DNA from: Bispira polyomma
Lineage: Eukaryota
DNA length: 64,000 nucleotides
Direction: 5' to 3'
Assembly (NCBI GenBank): GCA_965649765.1
Contig: OZ287750.1
Coordinates: 78,926,001 to 78,990,000, forward strand
Below are positions 52,710 to 64,000 of the stretch, in pieces; position 1 is the first letter of the stretch; every line of letters begins with the position of its first letter. A model generated the notes under the pieces. That model was not told where the DNA came from. It saw only the letters and a list, made by a program, of their open reading frames with translations, and made no database searches. Both the position numbers and the translations under genes were made by a program.

Positions 52710-54036
52710 TATATAGATATGTGCGTAGCATATTCGATAACATACACGTATACACGCACACAAAAAAGGTAAATAATATGTAACAAAAAGAAAAATGAGA
52801 GAAGACATCTAAAGATATATGCCAGATTGAATCATTCATATTTTGTACATTATTATGTAGACACATATACATCTATACACACTACTGGTGTATATAATAT
52901 AGTGGGTCTGTGTATATAGAAGAGATAGAGAGACTGTACCTGAGTGTGTGTCTGTGTTCTGGCGTCATACCCATTGATAGGGTTTCATTTGAGCCCCAGA
53001 GAGAGAAGACCGCACTTTAGGTTCCTTATATATTTCTCATTCACTGCCTTTAGGTATTTGTCGTGTGTGGAAATAAAATGGGGATAGTGAGAGGGAGGGG
53101 GGGGAGAGGGGAACGTAGAAAGTTTTACCCATAAACTGAAAATTTGCTGCATTATATGTGTAAAAAAAAATCATCCAATTAAAAAAAAGAAGTCTCATTG
53201 CAATTATTGTGTGTATTAAAAACAACGCAGCATTTAATGTTTACTACAGGGTTAAATGCTGACTTTAATGGTTTAATATAATGGTTTTTGTATGGTCTTT
53301 ACAATTTTGACATTGTGGTGGAATCAGTTTTCTCCATAGTGGAGGGGTAAAAGTTTAAGGTGTTTACTGTAGTAATGGAAGGGTTATTGAAGGGGGGAGG
53401 TGGGGCTTTATAATAGAGTAGTATAATTTCTGAGCCTGATTATTTGTCCTGTCTATGTGTGCACAGTAACCTTGCTTAAGACTGGAGGGTTTTTTGTCAG
53501 TGACTTTGATTGGGACAGATTTCCAGCTATTATATAATCCTGTACAAGTTTAGGATTTTGTACAAGTTATAACTTGTTGCAGTTTTCTGTTGGTCTAAGT
53601 TGTACAAGTTGTAACTTGTGATTACAACTTTTAGGCTTGCAAAAGATAAAATTAATATATACTGTATTAAATAATAAGATATTCTGATAAACGTAACAAG
53701 GATTTTTCTTGCCTTAAGGTAGCCTTCTCCTTGTCCACTAAGAAAAGATGTGTTGAAAGTGTAAAAAATTTTAGTTATTCGGGTGTATAAATTTGTGCAA
53801 TAGAATTGCTAAAGAGTGTACTGTGTCACACTTTATTTGTCATTATACTTTGTTTTTTTTTTAAGTTTTAAATATTTCATGAAATTCCTAACTAAAATTA
53901 AAAACTAGTAATTTCCTATAAAATCTTTGAAAATTTTGTACGGATTTTGTGAAATAAGAGATTTATGAAAACCAATGATGTACGGTTGAAAGAGAAAACT
54001 AAACTATTTGGTATTCCATTCAGATAAATAAAATAG

Positions 54037-54449
54037 AGGGCCTTACAGGCCGCCGGCTACACGATCAGACTGCCGGCTACACGGCACTATAATTAGACCG
54101 CCGGCGACGCGACACTACAATCAGACCGCCGGCTACACGACATGACAATCAGACTGCTGGCTACACGACATGACAATCAGACTGCCGGCTACATGACACG
54201 ACAATAAAATAGACGTAATATATAGAGGATATTTAGAATGCTCACTACAACCCACGGCCATTTGTATTGATTAATTCTCTTATTGTCTTGTACTTATCCC
54301 TTGATCCCCACTTGTCTGTGGAGATGTACTTTATATGGATATTATGTAGAGTGGTGTTTGGTGTGTATATGAATGTCGTGCAGTGGCGTGGTGTCCCCTG
54401 TACTGCAGTGTCATGTCGGGTTGTGTAGTCAGCGGTTATGTAAGGCCCT
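54037..54449. mobile_element. TIR element (AGGGCCTTACA/TGTAAGGCCCT) with subterminal ~28 bp tandem repeats
   Basis: About 6 units of CCGGCTACACGACATGACAATCAGACTG at 54050-54205. Related decayed copy at about 19640-19868. Confidence 0.7.
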
Positions 54450-55480
54450 TTCTAGAATAGATATATTGCTACATGTATTTAGTTTTGGTCAACATGATAT
54501 CACTGTTTCAAATTTATATACTTTCTTCATAGAATATTGCTCTTAATTTTTGAGAAACGTATCCAAATTGTAACAATTTTTTTTTCAAATTATCACTAAA
54601 AAAAATATTCGATTATTTCTTTCGGAACGCTTTTTAACTACCATTCAAAATAGTCAGATTGCCATTCGGTTTCCGGCTCTACTCCCTGATTACACCAGTT
54701 CAGTACAGAACATTTACAGAAGACTGGAGCCGTCTTAACTGAGGTTATGTGCACACACCCTGTTGTGGTCCCGTGTATAAAGAGTATGGAATGTGTTATG
54801 TATAGACTTATTAAAGATATATATTTAAGTATTAGTAGTTTGTAGAATTTGTGTATATGTATGTTGTATCAAGTTAGAGAAGAGCCGTCGTCCTCCCCGC
54901 AGTTATTATTAGAAAGGAGCCACCCGAGAAAAAAGCCGAGTGTCCACTTTTCACCAGTGAGGCATACATGTAGAAAAACATGTCGAAGAGCTAGAGAGAC
55001 ACCTATATTATTTAGAAAGAAACACTTATATGTATAAGAGGGAAAGCCCGGAAAGCTAGCATTGACATGTCACCAATTTACATCTAAGTCATTGCCCTAT
55101 ACTGTGTTTCTGCTCTTTCCCGGCAGATATTTATTTTTTTTTTTCAAAGGCTAAGAAGTTCGTTCATGACATTTTTTTTTTTTTTTTCAGGGTGAATTTA
55201 AGGCATTTTACAAATTGAGATATTCACTTTTAAGTCTTTAATGGAAATATTTTGGTTTTGTTGTCTTTTCTTTAAGTATTTGACTTAATATTGCAGGGGA
55301 CAAACACTGTTATAATATATATGAAGCCTATATACAACAAGAAACCCTCTGTGAAGGTTGATAGATTAAAGGTGACTTCTCTTGTGGTTTCTACTCTGAA
55401 ATATCAACCAGTAAACACTTGGGTTGACATGCAAAATATAAGCCATTAGTAGTAGACTGACTTGTGGGCCTGTGTAGATA

Positions 55481-55705
55481 CAGTAAGGAATCTAAAATTC
55501 ACCACTGTATCTGACATTTGCCACCCCTAAAATTGAAGCGAAATCAATAAAGACAGACGAAAAATAACTGGAATTGATGTAAGTATGGCAAAATGGTCAC
55601 CAAACATTTCAATATCAGCAAATATTACCCACAATTCTACCCATAACACAACATTCTCTAGGTGGTGAATTGCAGATACAGTGGCGAATTTCAGAGTCTT
55701 TACTG
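55481..55705. mobile_element. TA-flanked foldback MITE
   Basis: TA|CAGTAAGGAATCTAAAATTCACCACTGTATCTG ... CAGATACAGTGGCGAATTTCAGAGTCTTTACTG|TA. Confidence 0.7.
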
Positions 55706-56922
55706 TACACACTTATGTCAGGGTATAGAGCATTTATTCAAACGCATTCTCATGGAAAATTTGGGTTTTGTGTATGTCCCAAAGAGTTTTTGGCATTGAA
55801 TTATAATATTTACTAGTCCTTAGTGGAATATATTTGTCTGTAAACCCCCACATACCCTCACCCTCACTCCACCGCTTTCATCTTAAGAGACAGTTTGCTT
55901 TCCACACTTTAAAGTTTATCAAAATTTAAATTTTAAGATTTTAAGAATGCATAAGCTATAGCTGTATTTACAAAAGACTCTTCTTTTTTTGTCATTGCAT
56001 GTATGTGGAATAATTGTTGGTAGAAGATTTTCTGAAGGTCGGTGGTTTGCGGAACAGAAAACCCGTCACCAACTGCCCTGTTTTGGATTACCTCCAGCAG
56101 TGATAGGACACAAAACACGTTAAAAGCGACGTTGAACCCAAAGTAAACAGAATTTTTTATCATGTTTTTTTTGGGTGGGTGTGAAATAAGAAACAAATAT
56201 GAACTTATTAATATGACTAAGGGAAAGATATAAATTATATATATAATGTAGTATATCTGAAGAGATTAATTAAATGTGATGATAAATGGTCCAAACTACC
56301 TCAGCAGAATTCCACCAATTTAGGCGGAATCTCTTAAGTCTTGCCACTTCAATATTTACAAAAGCTTTTAAGGAAAAAAAAAACATTTTGTAATTTGTTG
56401 TATATATGTCATATTCTAGTTAAACTTGCTCAAAAATTCATAAAAAAATTTATATGTACCAAGGAACGAAAGTTAAAAGAAAAATAATTAGATGTATCAA
56501 GGAGCGGGATCTACATCTGAGATTAGTTCTAATTAAGTCGGGATATTGTCGATTATTATAGGCATGTATAGGCAGTCATTGTCTGAAATAGATCCCTGGA
56601 ACTAAACATTACAGGAAGATCATATTTGTTAAAAGTATCCTTTAGGGCATAATGTAGGGGTACAGCTGGCCTCATCCCTCACTAACCTTATTTTGGCCTT
56701 TGGAGTAATGACCTTGACTTATAATTATTTTTTTATTCAATGCTTCATTATAACTTCTTATTATAGGAAGTTCATATTTGGCATGAATATTTTTTTTTTT
56801 TTTTTTTGTTCTGGGGGGTGGGGGTGGGGGGGGGGTTTGGTGTGTTGAATAAGTGTTTTTCGCTAAGAACACCTATGTGTTGCAGTCATGTTTTAGCTAT
56901 GTTTTAGGAAAAGCGCTATATA

Positions 56923-57103
56923 CAGTTAAACCCCTTTAAGTTGAACCTCAAGGGACCAGGAGAAATAACTCTACTTAAGCAGGATTTCCACTTAACAGGG
57001 TTGTTGATTTTTGAAAGAAAATGCCTTTTGTGGTAGTAAAAGATTCTTCTCGACATAACAGGGAAATTGAGTGAACAGAGTTCTACTTAAAGGGTTTTGA
57101 CTG
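56923..57103. mobile_element. MITE family A copy (opposite orientation to 52530)
   Basis: TA|CAGTTAAACCCCTTTAAG...CTTAAAGGGTTTTGACTG|TA. Confidence 0.75.
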
Positions 57104-58626
57104 TAATAACAAATTGACATTATTATTTTTCACATTTACTTTAAGATTCTTGACATACCAGATATTACACAAACACACAGTCCCTCTGTGTGTCGTGTCT
57201 TCTATTTGTGTCACTGCTACGACAAGTGCTTCTTCCCAAGCTCACAATGTGGCTCACGAGTAGCTTTTTGCATGTACTGCGAGTAGAGCCGCTCCAAAAC
57301 TCACGTTGATGTCACATGAATTTTTTTTTGTAAAAAAAAGAACAAGACAAAGCACAATTTACTTGTATTGTAAATTTGAGTGGGTGTATTTTGCCTGGCG
57401 GAAAAAAAAAAAATAAGGGGTATGGTGGTTGTCGCTCATGTATTTTCTTCTAACAAAAAAACTGAAAGAAGCCCCCTATATAATGACTTGTGTAGATGTT
57501 GTTTGTTTTTTTCATCTCCCAAGAAAGTAAGAGTGAAATTGCACTGCTGCACATTGATCCAGTGTCTTTGAACTGTGAGAGGCTTCGTTTTTCAAAAGAA
57601 AGAAGAAAAAAAATATATAGCCTCGTACATTAACCCTGCAGTAGGGTTCTATGTTTGATATCACATAGAATGTGCGGTCACAAAGATATAGGGTGTATTC
57701 TAGGAGAGAATTCTAAACCAAGGGCTTAATGGGGAAAAAAGTGCAAACTCAGTCCCACCAAGTTGGGTCTAGTTAGGTCGGAGCATAGTTGTATGATGAA
57801 GTTTTTTTGTCACAAGTCCGTAACTCTTAGAGAAGATTTATATAAATGGTTAGCTTGGAATTGTAGTAAACTGCTGCATAGGTAGAAATGATTGGGGAAA
57901 AAAAAAATTAGGTTCGATATTTAAGTAAATCTAGTTTTAACCATTTCCCATTTGTGTTTATTTAAGCCAAGAAATATATTTACAGGCAAAGTAGTTGTTT
58001 CTAAAAATTTCGCAGAAAGTAGTGGGTAACAAGCAGTATGTCTGCAAGCGGGTGTGTTTAAACTTCTGTGTTTGTTGGGGAAAAAAAGACTATTGTAAAC
58101 ATCCTTTGTGACAACAGATTTCACTGGCTACTCAAAACAGAATGAAACAGTCAAAATGGCAGTCAGCGGTTAAAGCCATGAATTTCCAAAAATTGCAGTA
58201 TAAGAATGTTTTTGAAATATGGCTCCTGAGACTTTTGATTTTTTTGTTCCAAAAGAACTTGCCGAGAATTTTTGTTGATGGAGCAGCTTGAACTCAGGCT
58301 CTTGGTAAAGAAGTGATACCCACAAGCTGGGTTCTGATAGATCTTTCTTCAGTAGTGGGCTAGTTTGTGTGCATTTAGTACAACAACAGAAATATGGATA
58401 TCATGACATTGTTAATGCAAAACGTAGCTGACAAGGAAAGAAAAGATAACAGCAGGTCAATGCCTGTATTCTCCTAAAATCTCAAGCTTGTCTCAAATCT
58501 AAGATTTCCCACAGCTCTAGCTAGGGTTAGGTTCAATGAAATCTGACTGGATATTTGAATTCAGTACTAAAAGCTCTTCTAAAATGAGTGGTTACAAGTA
58601 CCAGTTATGTCCTTGTACAGTGACTA

Positions 58627-58841
58627 CACAGGCGGCCACAATAGTGATCGGGTCACAATATTGGTCGACGCACATTTCAATGTCTAAAACGTAGATTTCC
58701 TAAAAATAAAATATAGTATTCTGTACTTTAATTCATATACCTAAAATAGCATGTGCTTTCAATATTTATTTCCATCTATAAGTTTGTTAAAAATGCAACG
58801 GACAACATTTTGACCCGGCCAACATTGCTACCGCCCGTGTG
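58627..58841. mobile_element. TA-flanked Tc1/mariner-type MITE nested in an older repeat
   Basis: TA|CACAGGCGGCCACAAT...CGGGTCA and TGACCCGG...ATTGCTACCGCCCGTGTG|TA. The host repeat is homologous to about 20200-20385. Confidence 0.6.
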
Positions 58842-60944
58842 TACTTCCGCAATGCATAATAGTCTTCACTTAAGTTGGGTCTTGAGTCTAAACTTTTGAA
58901 GGGAGTTTCTCTTTGAAAATACAGACTCGGTCAGCTCTTAACTTCCTTTGATGGTCTTTAGAAGAAGCTACATTAGTGCAAATGTGTTATTTTAGTCGGG
59001 TTCACAATCTATTTTACTTCAGCTTAAATTAAAAGGCCCCGGTGCTAATTGGTATAAACATGTGTAGTTGCACAATGAAGATTGGGAGCAAAAAGCAGTT
59101 GTGTGTATTATGTCTGAAAGTTAGGGGGTGAGACAGTACTTTTGGTATCTCCTGGTTAGTAGCATTTTAGTTGCCAGACTTTGACTTATTCTTCTGTTTT
59201 ACTCTTCTGTCATACCTACCAAAAGGGCTGGATCTAGAGCTTTCTCAAATCGTTGCCCCCTATAGTTATGGAATAGTCAGTCACCCAGTTGAGCTTGGAT
59301 CACTAGAAACACTTTTTGGGTTTAGAGGATAAACTCGAAACCTATCTTTTCAAACTTGCTTACCCTCCTTTAGTTTTCCCCTCCCTGTACACCACCCAGA
59401 TCCTTCCTTACGAAGGTGCCTCACATCAATAGGGCGCGTTCAAAATGCAAAATACAATCGTAATATTAAAACTTTAGGTGTATTCAAATAAAACACTTCA
59501 TAATTGATCCTTTCTAATTGCTGTCTAATCGATACTAGTGAGCATACACAAAAATACATTTTGATATGGTTTCATTTTGAAGGCCTGTTTGGTCACAGTT
59601 TGGTGTTGTTTGTAGATAATATCCACAAATTGTAATGGATTTGACGTACAGATTCATAAAAGAACTGTTTCAGTTTACATTTTTTAAGTTTCAGAAAACA
59701 AAATATAAATGGCTGATAATATATGTAAATTTCTAACTTGTCAACATGATTTTGAAATATCAGAACCCAAGTTTGTTTTTGTGCACCCCAAGTAACCCTC
59801 AAAGCAGGTTTTTATGCCATAGTTTTGGGGTGGTGTTCTTAAAGAAAAGGTTCAGTGAATTTGACAGTAGGATAATATTTCCATTTATATATCAAGCATA
59901 GATATAGCTGTGTAAGGATTCTTGTTTATGGCTGTCAAGTGAAATCCTACCCATGCTAAATAGAAAAATAAATGTCAAGTTAGAGGAGTACCGGTATAAT
60001 ACAACAAAGTATGATAGTAGTGTACATGCAATGTTTGTGGACATTTATATGTTGCAGTTCTGTTGAAGTAACATAAACTCTGCATTAAAGATGAAGTCAG
60101 GTTTTTAACCAAAAAGAAGAGATCTATTTGCACTGCTGGTGTATGCAGGAAAGTAGTGGTTTATTTGGTATAAGGCTCAGACTTCTTTGTTGTAGATTAA
60201 ATTTCAAGTTTGTTGTCCCTTTTGTGGTAACAATTGAATGTTAACAATCAACACACAGGTGTGTTCCCCTTGCTTCTCATCCTAGCCTTTCCAAGGCTTG
60301 GTGGTATTCACAAAGATTTTTATCTCTCTAAATTGTTGAATGAAGACATCTGATTGTCTCATCAAAATGTCTGAAGCAAGATAAGATTCAGCTGCAACTA
60401 AGAAAATTCTAAGAGAATGACCAGTTTTAAGAAGGTTTGGTGAATATGGCCCTTTTTGTGGCATTCGTTCTCACACTTAGAATTCTCTCTAGACTAGTTT
60501 ATTTATTGTAATATTTGAAACTAGAGTCTTTTAGCAAGACTCTTTATCCCGTTATTTAAAATCACTGCAGGTGTGGGATTTTTCAAGTTTGTTGAACACA
60601 ATATAAAACTGTAGACGCAGGGTTATAGGTGTCAACTGTATACATCAGTGAATTTGTTGGAAAATATACACACACAGGAGAACCTCAATTATCCAAACAT
60701 ATTTGGAGACCAGGAGTTTGTTTTAGATAGTAGAAGACACTCATTAAACAAAAGGAGCATTTACGGTAAGCATAAGAAGAAACGATAGGAAAATTCAAAT
60801 ATGGAAGCCTAGAAATGAGTTAATAAAATTGAATTTCCAAATAATTGAAGTTCTGCTAACAAACGTTCGACTACCGGCGGTCTGGTGGTACATGTTTTCA
60901 GTCTGTAAGCAGAGGGAATTCTGTGGGTTACAGACTGACTTTGA

Positions 60945-61053
60945 CACTCAAGAGGCCTTGGGTACGATCTCTATTAAAACCTCTATTACCATATACATGG
61001 CACTCAAGAGGCCTTGGGTACGATCCCCATTAAAACCTCTATTACCATATACA
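60945..61053 (+). repeat. 56-bp tandem duplication
   Basis: CACTCAAGAGGCCTTGGGTACGATC...ATTAAAACCTCTATTACCATATACA occurs twice. Confidence 0.88.
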
Positions 61054-61485
61054 AACTTCCATTCGTATATTAAATTACGTTCTCCCAAATTTACACTTAC
61101 CTATGGCCTCTGTACTTTAAATATGGTTTTAATTTATGGCAAAAATTGAGAGAAATAACGAATCGAATTACGTTTGAGTCTACTGTTGGTCAAAAATGAC
61201 ACTATTTTGAACATTCTGTTATCGGAAAGGCTAATATTTGAGGGTCTAATATATGTCAGGAGTAGAAATAACTACTTTATTGTCTTTTATACCTCTCCAC
61301 TACTCATTTCTTTCACCTTTGAAATGTGACCGTCATGATAATGACCTCCGCTGTTGAAAGCGATGTAAATCCAACTAAATTGAAACATATAGCCCTTTTC
61401 TAGTAGCTGGAAGTAGAAATTGTAACGGTAAAAAAATTTGTAATGTAAACATTTTGTTCCTGGGCAGATATTGTCACTCGTATTA

Positions 61486-61927
61486 GTGAATGTTTCCATG
61501 CAGGCAACTTTCTGAGGCGACCAGCCGACGTATAACAGGCAATTTTCAATTTTTATGTTTCTATACAATATTTGAGAAAAATAGATACCTGTATTCAAAC
61601 CTGAATATCTTCGCCATTTCTCAACCGATTTTGATGCAACAAAAAGCACAATATACCCGATAAAATAAGCTTTCTCACCATATTTTCATTAAATTTATAC
61701 CTTTAGTAATTTTTGAGTTATTTAAAAAAACGGCAATGTTTACAAGGCGACGGGCAATGCCAGGCGATTTTTTTCGCTCCTAGTACCGAAAAAATCGCCT
61801 GGCATTGCCTGTCGCCTAACGGCGTTGCTCACATGGAAACACTTGGTTATAAATCAATGAAATTGGTAGAATCGCCATCAGCCGTCGCCTGATCGCGTCA
61901 GAAAGTTGCCTGCATGGAAACGCACAC
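61486..61927 (-). mobile_element. Second, inverted copy of the same TWA-flanked MITE
   Basis: Same TIRs with TTA on both sides; the interior is the reverse complement of 48484-48915 (e.g. ATTGTGCTTTTTGTTGCATCAAAATCGGTT). Confidence 0.78.
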
Positions 61928-64000
61928 TTAGTGTATAAATTGTTTTTTTGTGGGGTTTTTTTTTCATATGATTGGGGAGTAGAATGTAGATAAGTTAAAA
62001 TAATAGGTATAGATAGCATCAGTAAAATCGTTTTAAATGTATGTTTAGGTAGAAGGCTGGTTATGATTCTCATTGAAAAAGTACTTCCTAGGTTTTTGTG
62101 AACTACTAAAAATGTTCTAGAGAAGTATTGCAAGTCGGGTTTTTCAAAGGGAAGAAAGTGGTAGTTATTAATAAGGGATTTGATAAAATAACCAAACTCG
62201 TAGCATTATCACAACATTTAATGAAAGAAAAAATAACTTTCAATTTTTTTTTTAAAATAAAATAAATTATTTTTGTTTATGTGGCAAAGTAATGTAAATG
62301 GTGAATACTGTGAAACTAATTTACACTACATTTACCAATCTTAAGTTAAGATCATCTGATAATAGACTAATTAAATACTGGTGAATAGTATGTAGATACC
62401 TATTGCTTTTCTTCAGAATTCGATGGACCATATTTAATTCTGAAAATAATGCCCTCTGCCCCCAGATCTTGTAGACAACGGACCAGAAATGGAACTCACT
62501 ATAAAAGATTAAGGTTAACCCAATCAAGCTTGTACTGTTTTAGCCTTGAATGCATCACTTTGCCTTTCAGTCTCGAGAAAAAGGGGGGCAGAAAAATCAA
62601 TCATTGTGAAGTTATAATACACTGTCATAAGGCAGCAGAAAAGCTGGCTCTATGCAATTAAAAATTGATATTCTCAACATTGTTCAGATTCCTATTGATA
62701 GCATTTGCACAGTATAAATTATCCTGTTTTATCGGGATATTTTTTCTGTTTTAAAAGAAACTCAACTACCTCACTTTGCTGTGTAAATGTCACACATGCA
62801 TTGAAAAACTTGTTCAATGTCTTTTTATTACCGGGGATATTAAAAAAAAAAATAAAAAAAACTTCAAAAATTTTTATGTCAGTTTATTATTGTATTTATA
62901 CTCCTATAAAAAAAATATGAAAGTTACATTTTGTATAGCGAAATATGTGTACATGTATTTACATTTTTAAAAGTAATGTGTAGTAAAAAAAAAAATCTAC
63001 CTCAAATACCCTATATTATTAGTAGTCTCTTGAAGGCTCAAACTAAACAATAGAAAAGGCTGGACAAGCATAATATAGACTCTCCACTATCAGGTGGTCC
63101 CTACTGTTTTGACAAGTCAATGAACTTCCTTGATACAAATATGGATAAATAAAATGTTTGTGAATAGTTGAAGCATAATCTTGCCCAAGTATAAGTATGT
63201 TGCTGGTAGACTATTGCAGGGACGATGCTGGCTTCAGCCTCCTAATAAAATCAATAGAAAGTCAATTTTTTGGTGGCTAAGGGTAGAGGGGGCTCGGGCC
63301 AATGCCACTTACGTAACCAGGTCCCAAAGTTCCTCTATTTTCCAAATCATGAAATGTCATTTTCCAAAAAGTTTCACTGTTCTGAAATTCTTGGCAACTC
63401 TCATGGATAGTTTCCTCTATATTTTTCCCCCATTGATTGAATCCATTTGATTCTTGCTGTGTAAATATTTGTTTGTAATGAATCATCTTGGTATTTGACC
63501 CATTTTCTGCCTGTTCAAAGTTGTTACAGCTCTACAGAATACGGCAATTAAAGGAGGTGGTGTTAGGCTAGTTCCGATTTAGTACTTTAACAAACAATTT
63601 TAATTGGTACATTCATTTGATTAAAACTAAGGTTATCGAAAGATGGCTTCTCTTTTTTTTATGCGAAGTTTTTATCAGACACACAAAAGGGAAATGACGT
63701 ATAACCTATATATGTCAGTCACAGTTTTTACCGTAGTAATCAGTCTCCTCTTCTATGGCGCCTGTACTAGCTAACCTGGTGAAAAGTGAACTGATACCAA
63801 TAATAAGGCGTTCATTCTTTGGCCTGTTGTTTAGTGAAGATTCTGAGTTGTGTTGTTGGCATTTGGATGTTAATAAGAAACGTTTAAAAAAAAAAACACA
63901 CCTTCCTGCATTGAACCCTTTTTGTGTGTGTAGTGTGTAGTCTATCAGTAATCTACAGTATATAGTTTGTATAGTCTATAAATATACATACGATGTTTGT

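Noticed and set aside
54050-54205. CRISPR-like 28-bp repeats (also 16500-17340)
   Set aside because: Eukaryotic context, no unique spacers, no cas genes; these are ordinary tandem repeats within TEs.
55000-63600. Assorted 60-120 aa ORFs downstream of Ski
   Set aside because: Low-complexity, often non-ATG, many overlapping MITEs or SINEs; no recognisable domains or exon chain.

Overview
AT-rich animal genomic DNA; the repeat content looks lophotrochozoan or mollusc-like (inference). It has two host genes on the + strand. (1) The last coding exon of an atypical protein kinase C (aPKC, PRKCI/PRKCZ family; 3237-3324, ...[23 protein letters not shown]), which the ORF track misses. (2) A complete six-coding-exon Ski/SnoN-family Smad co-repressor gene (25103-50890; about 738 aa after splicing, with consistent exon phases). 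The aPKC->Ski order matches the vertebrate PRKCZ-SKI and PRKCI-SKIL pairs. The rest is mostly transposon-derived: a 5'-truncated L2/CR1-type LINE with an unbroken RT ORF plus decayed relatives, a 2.4 kb pogo/Tigger element with a broken transposase, tRNA-derived SINEs, several MITE families (TA, TTAA, TWA and 8-bp TSDs), Helentron-like tandem arrays and an interrupted ~0.88 kb tandem duplication. The most notable unexplained signals are a chain of stop/start-overlapping uORFs running into the Ski AUG, two frame-compatible alternative splice routes around Ski exon 2, and inverted TE pairs flanking exons 4-5 and in the putative 3' UTR. No new multi-gene system is supported.
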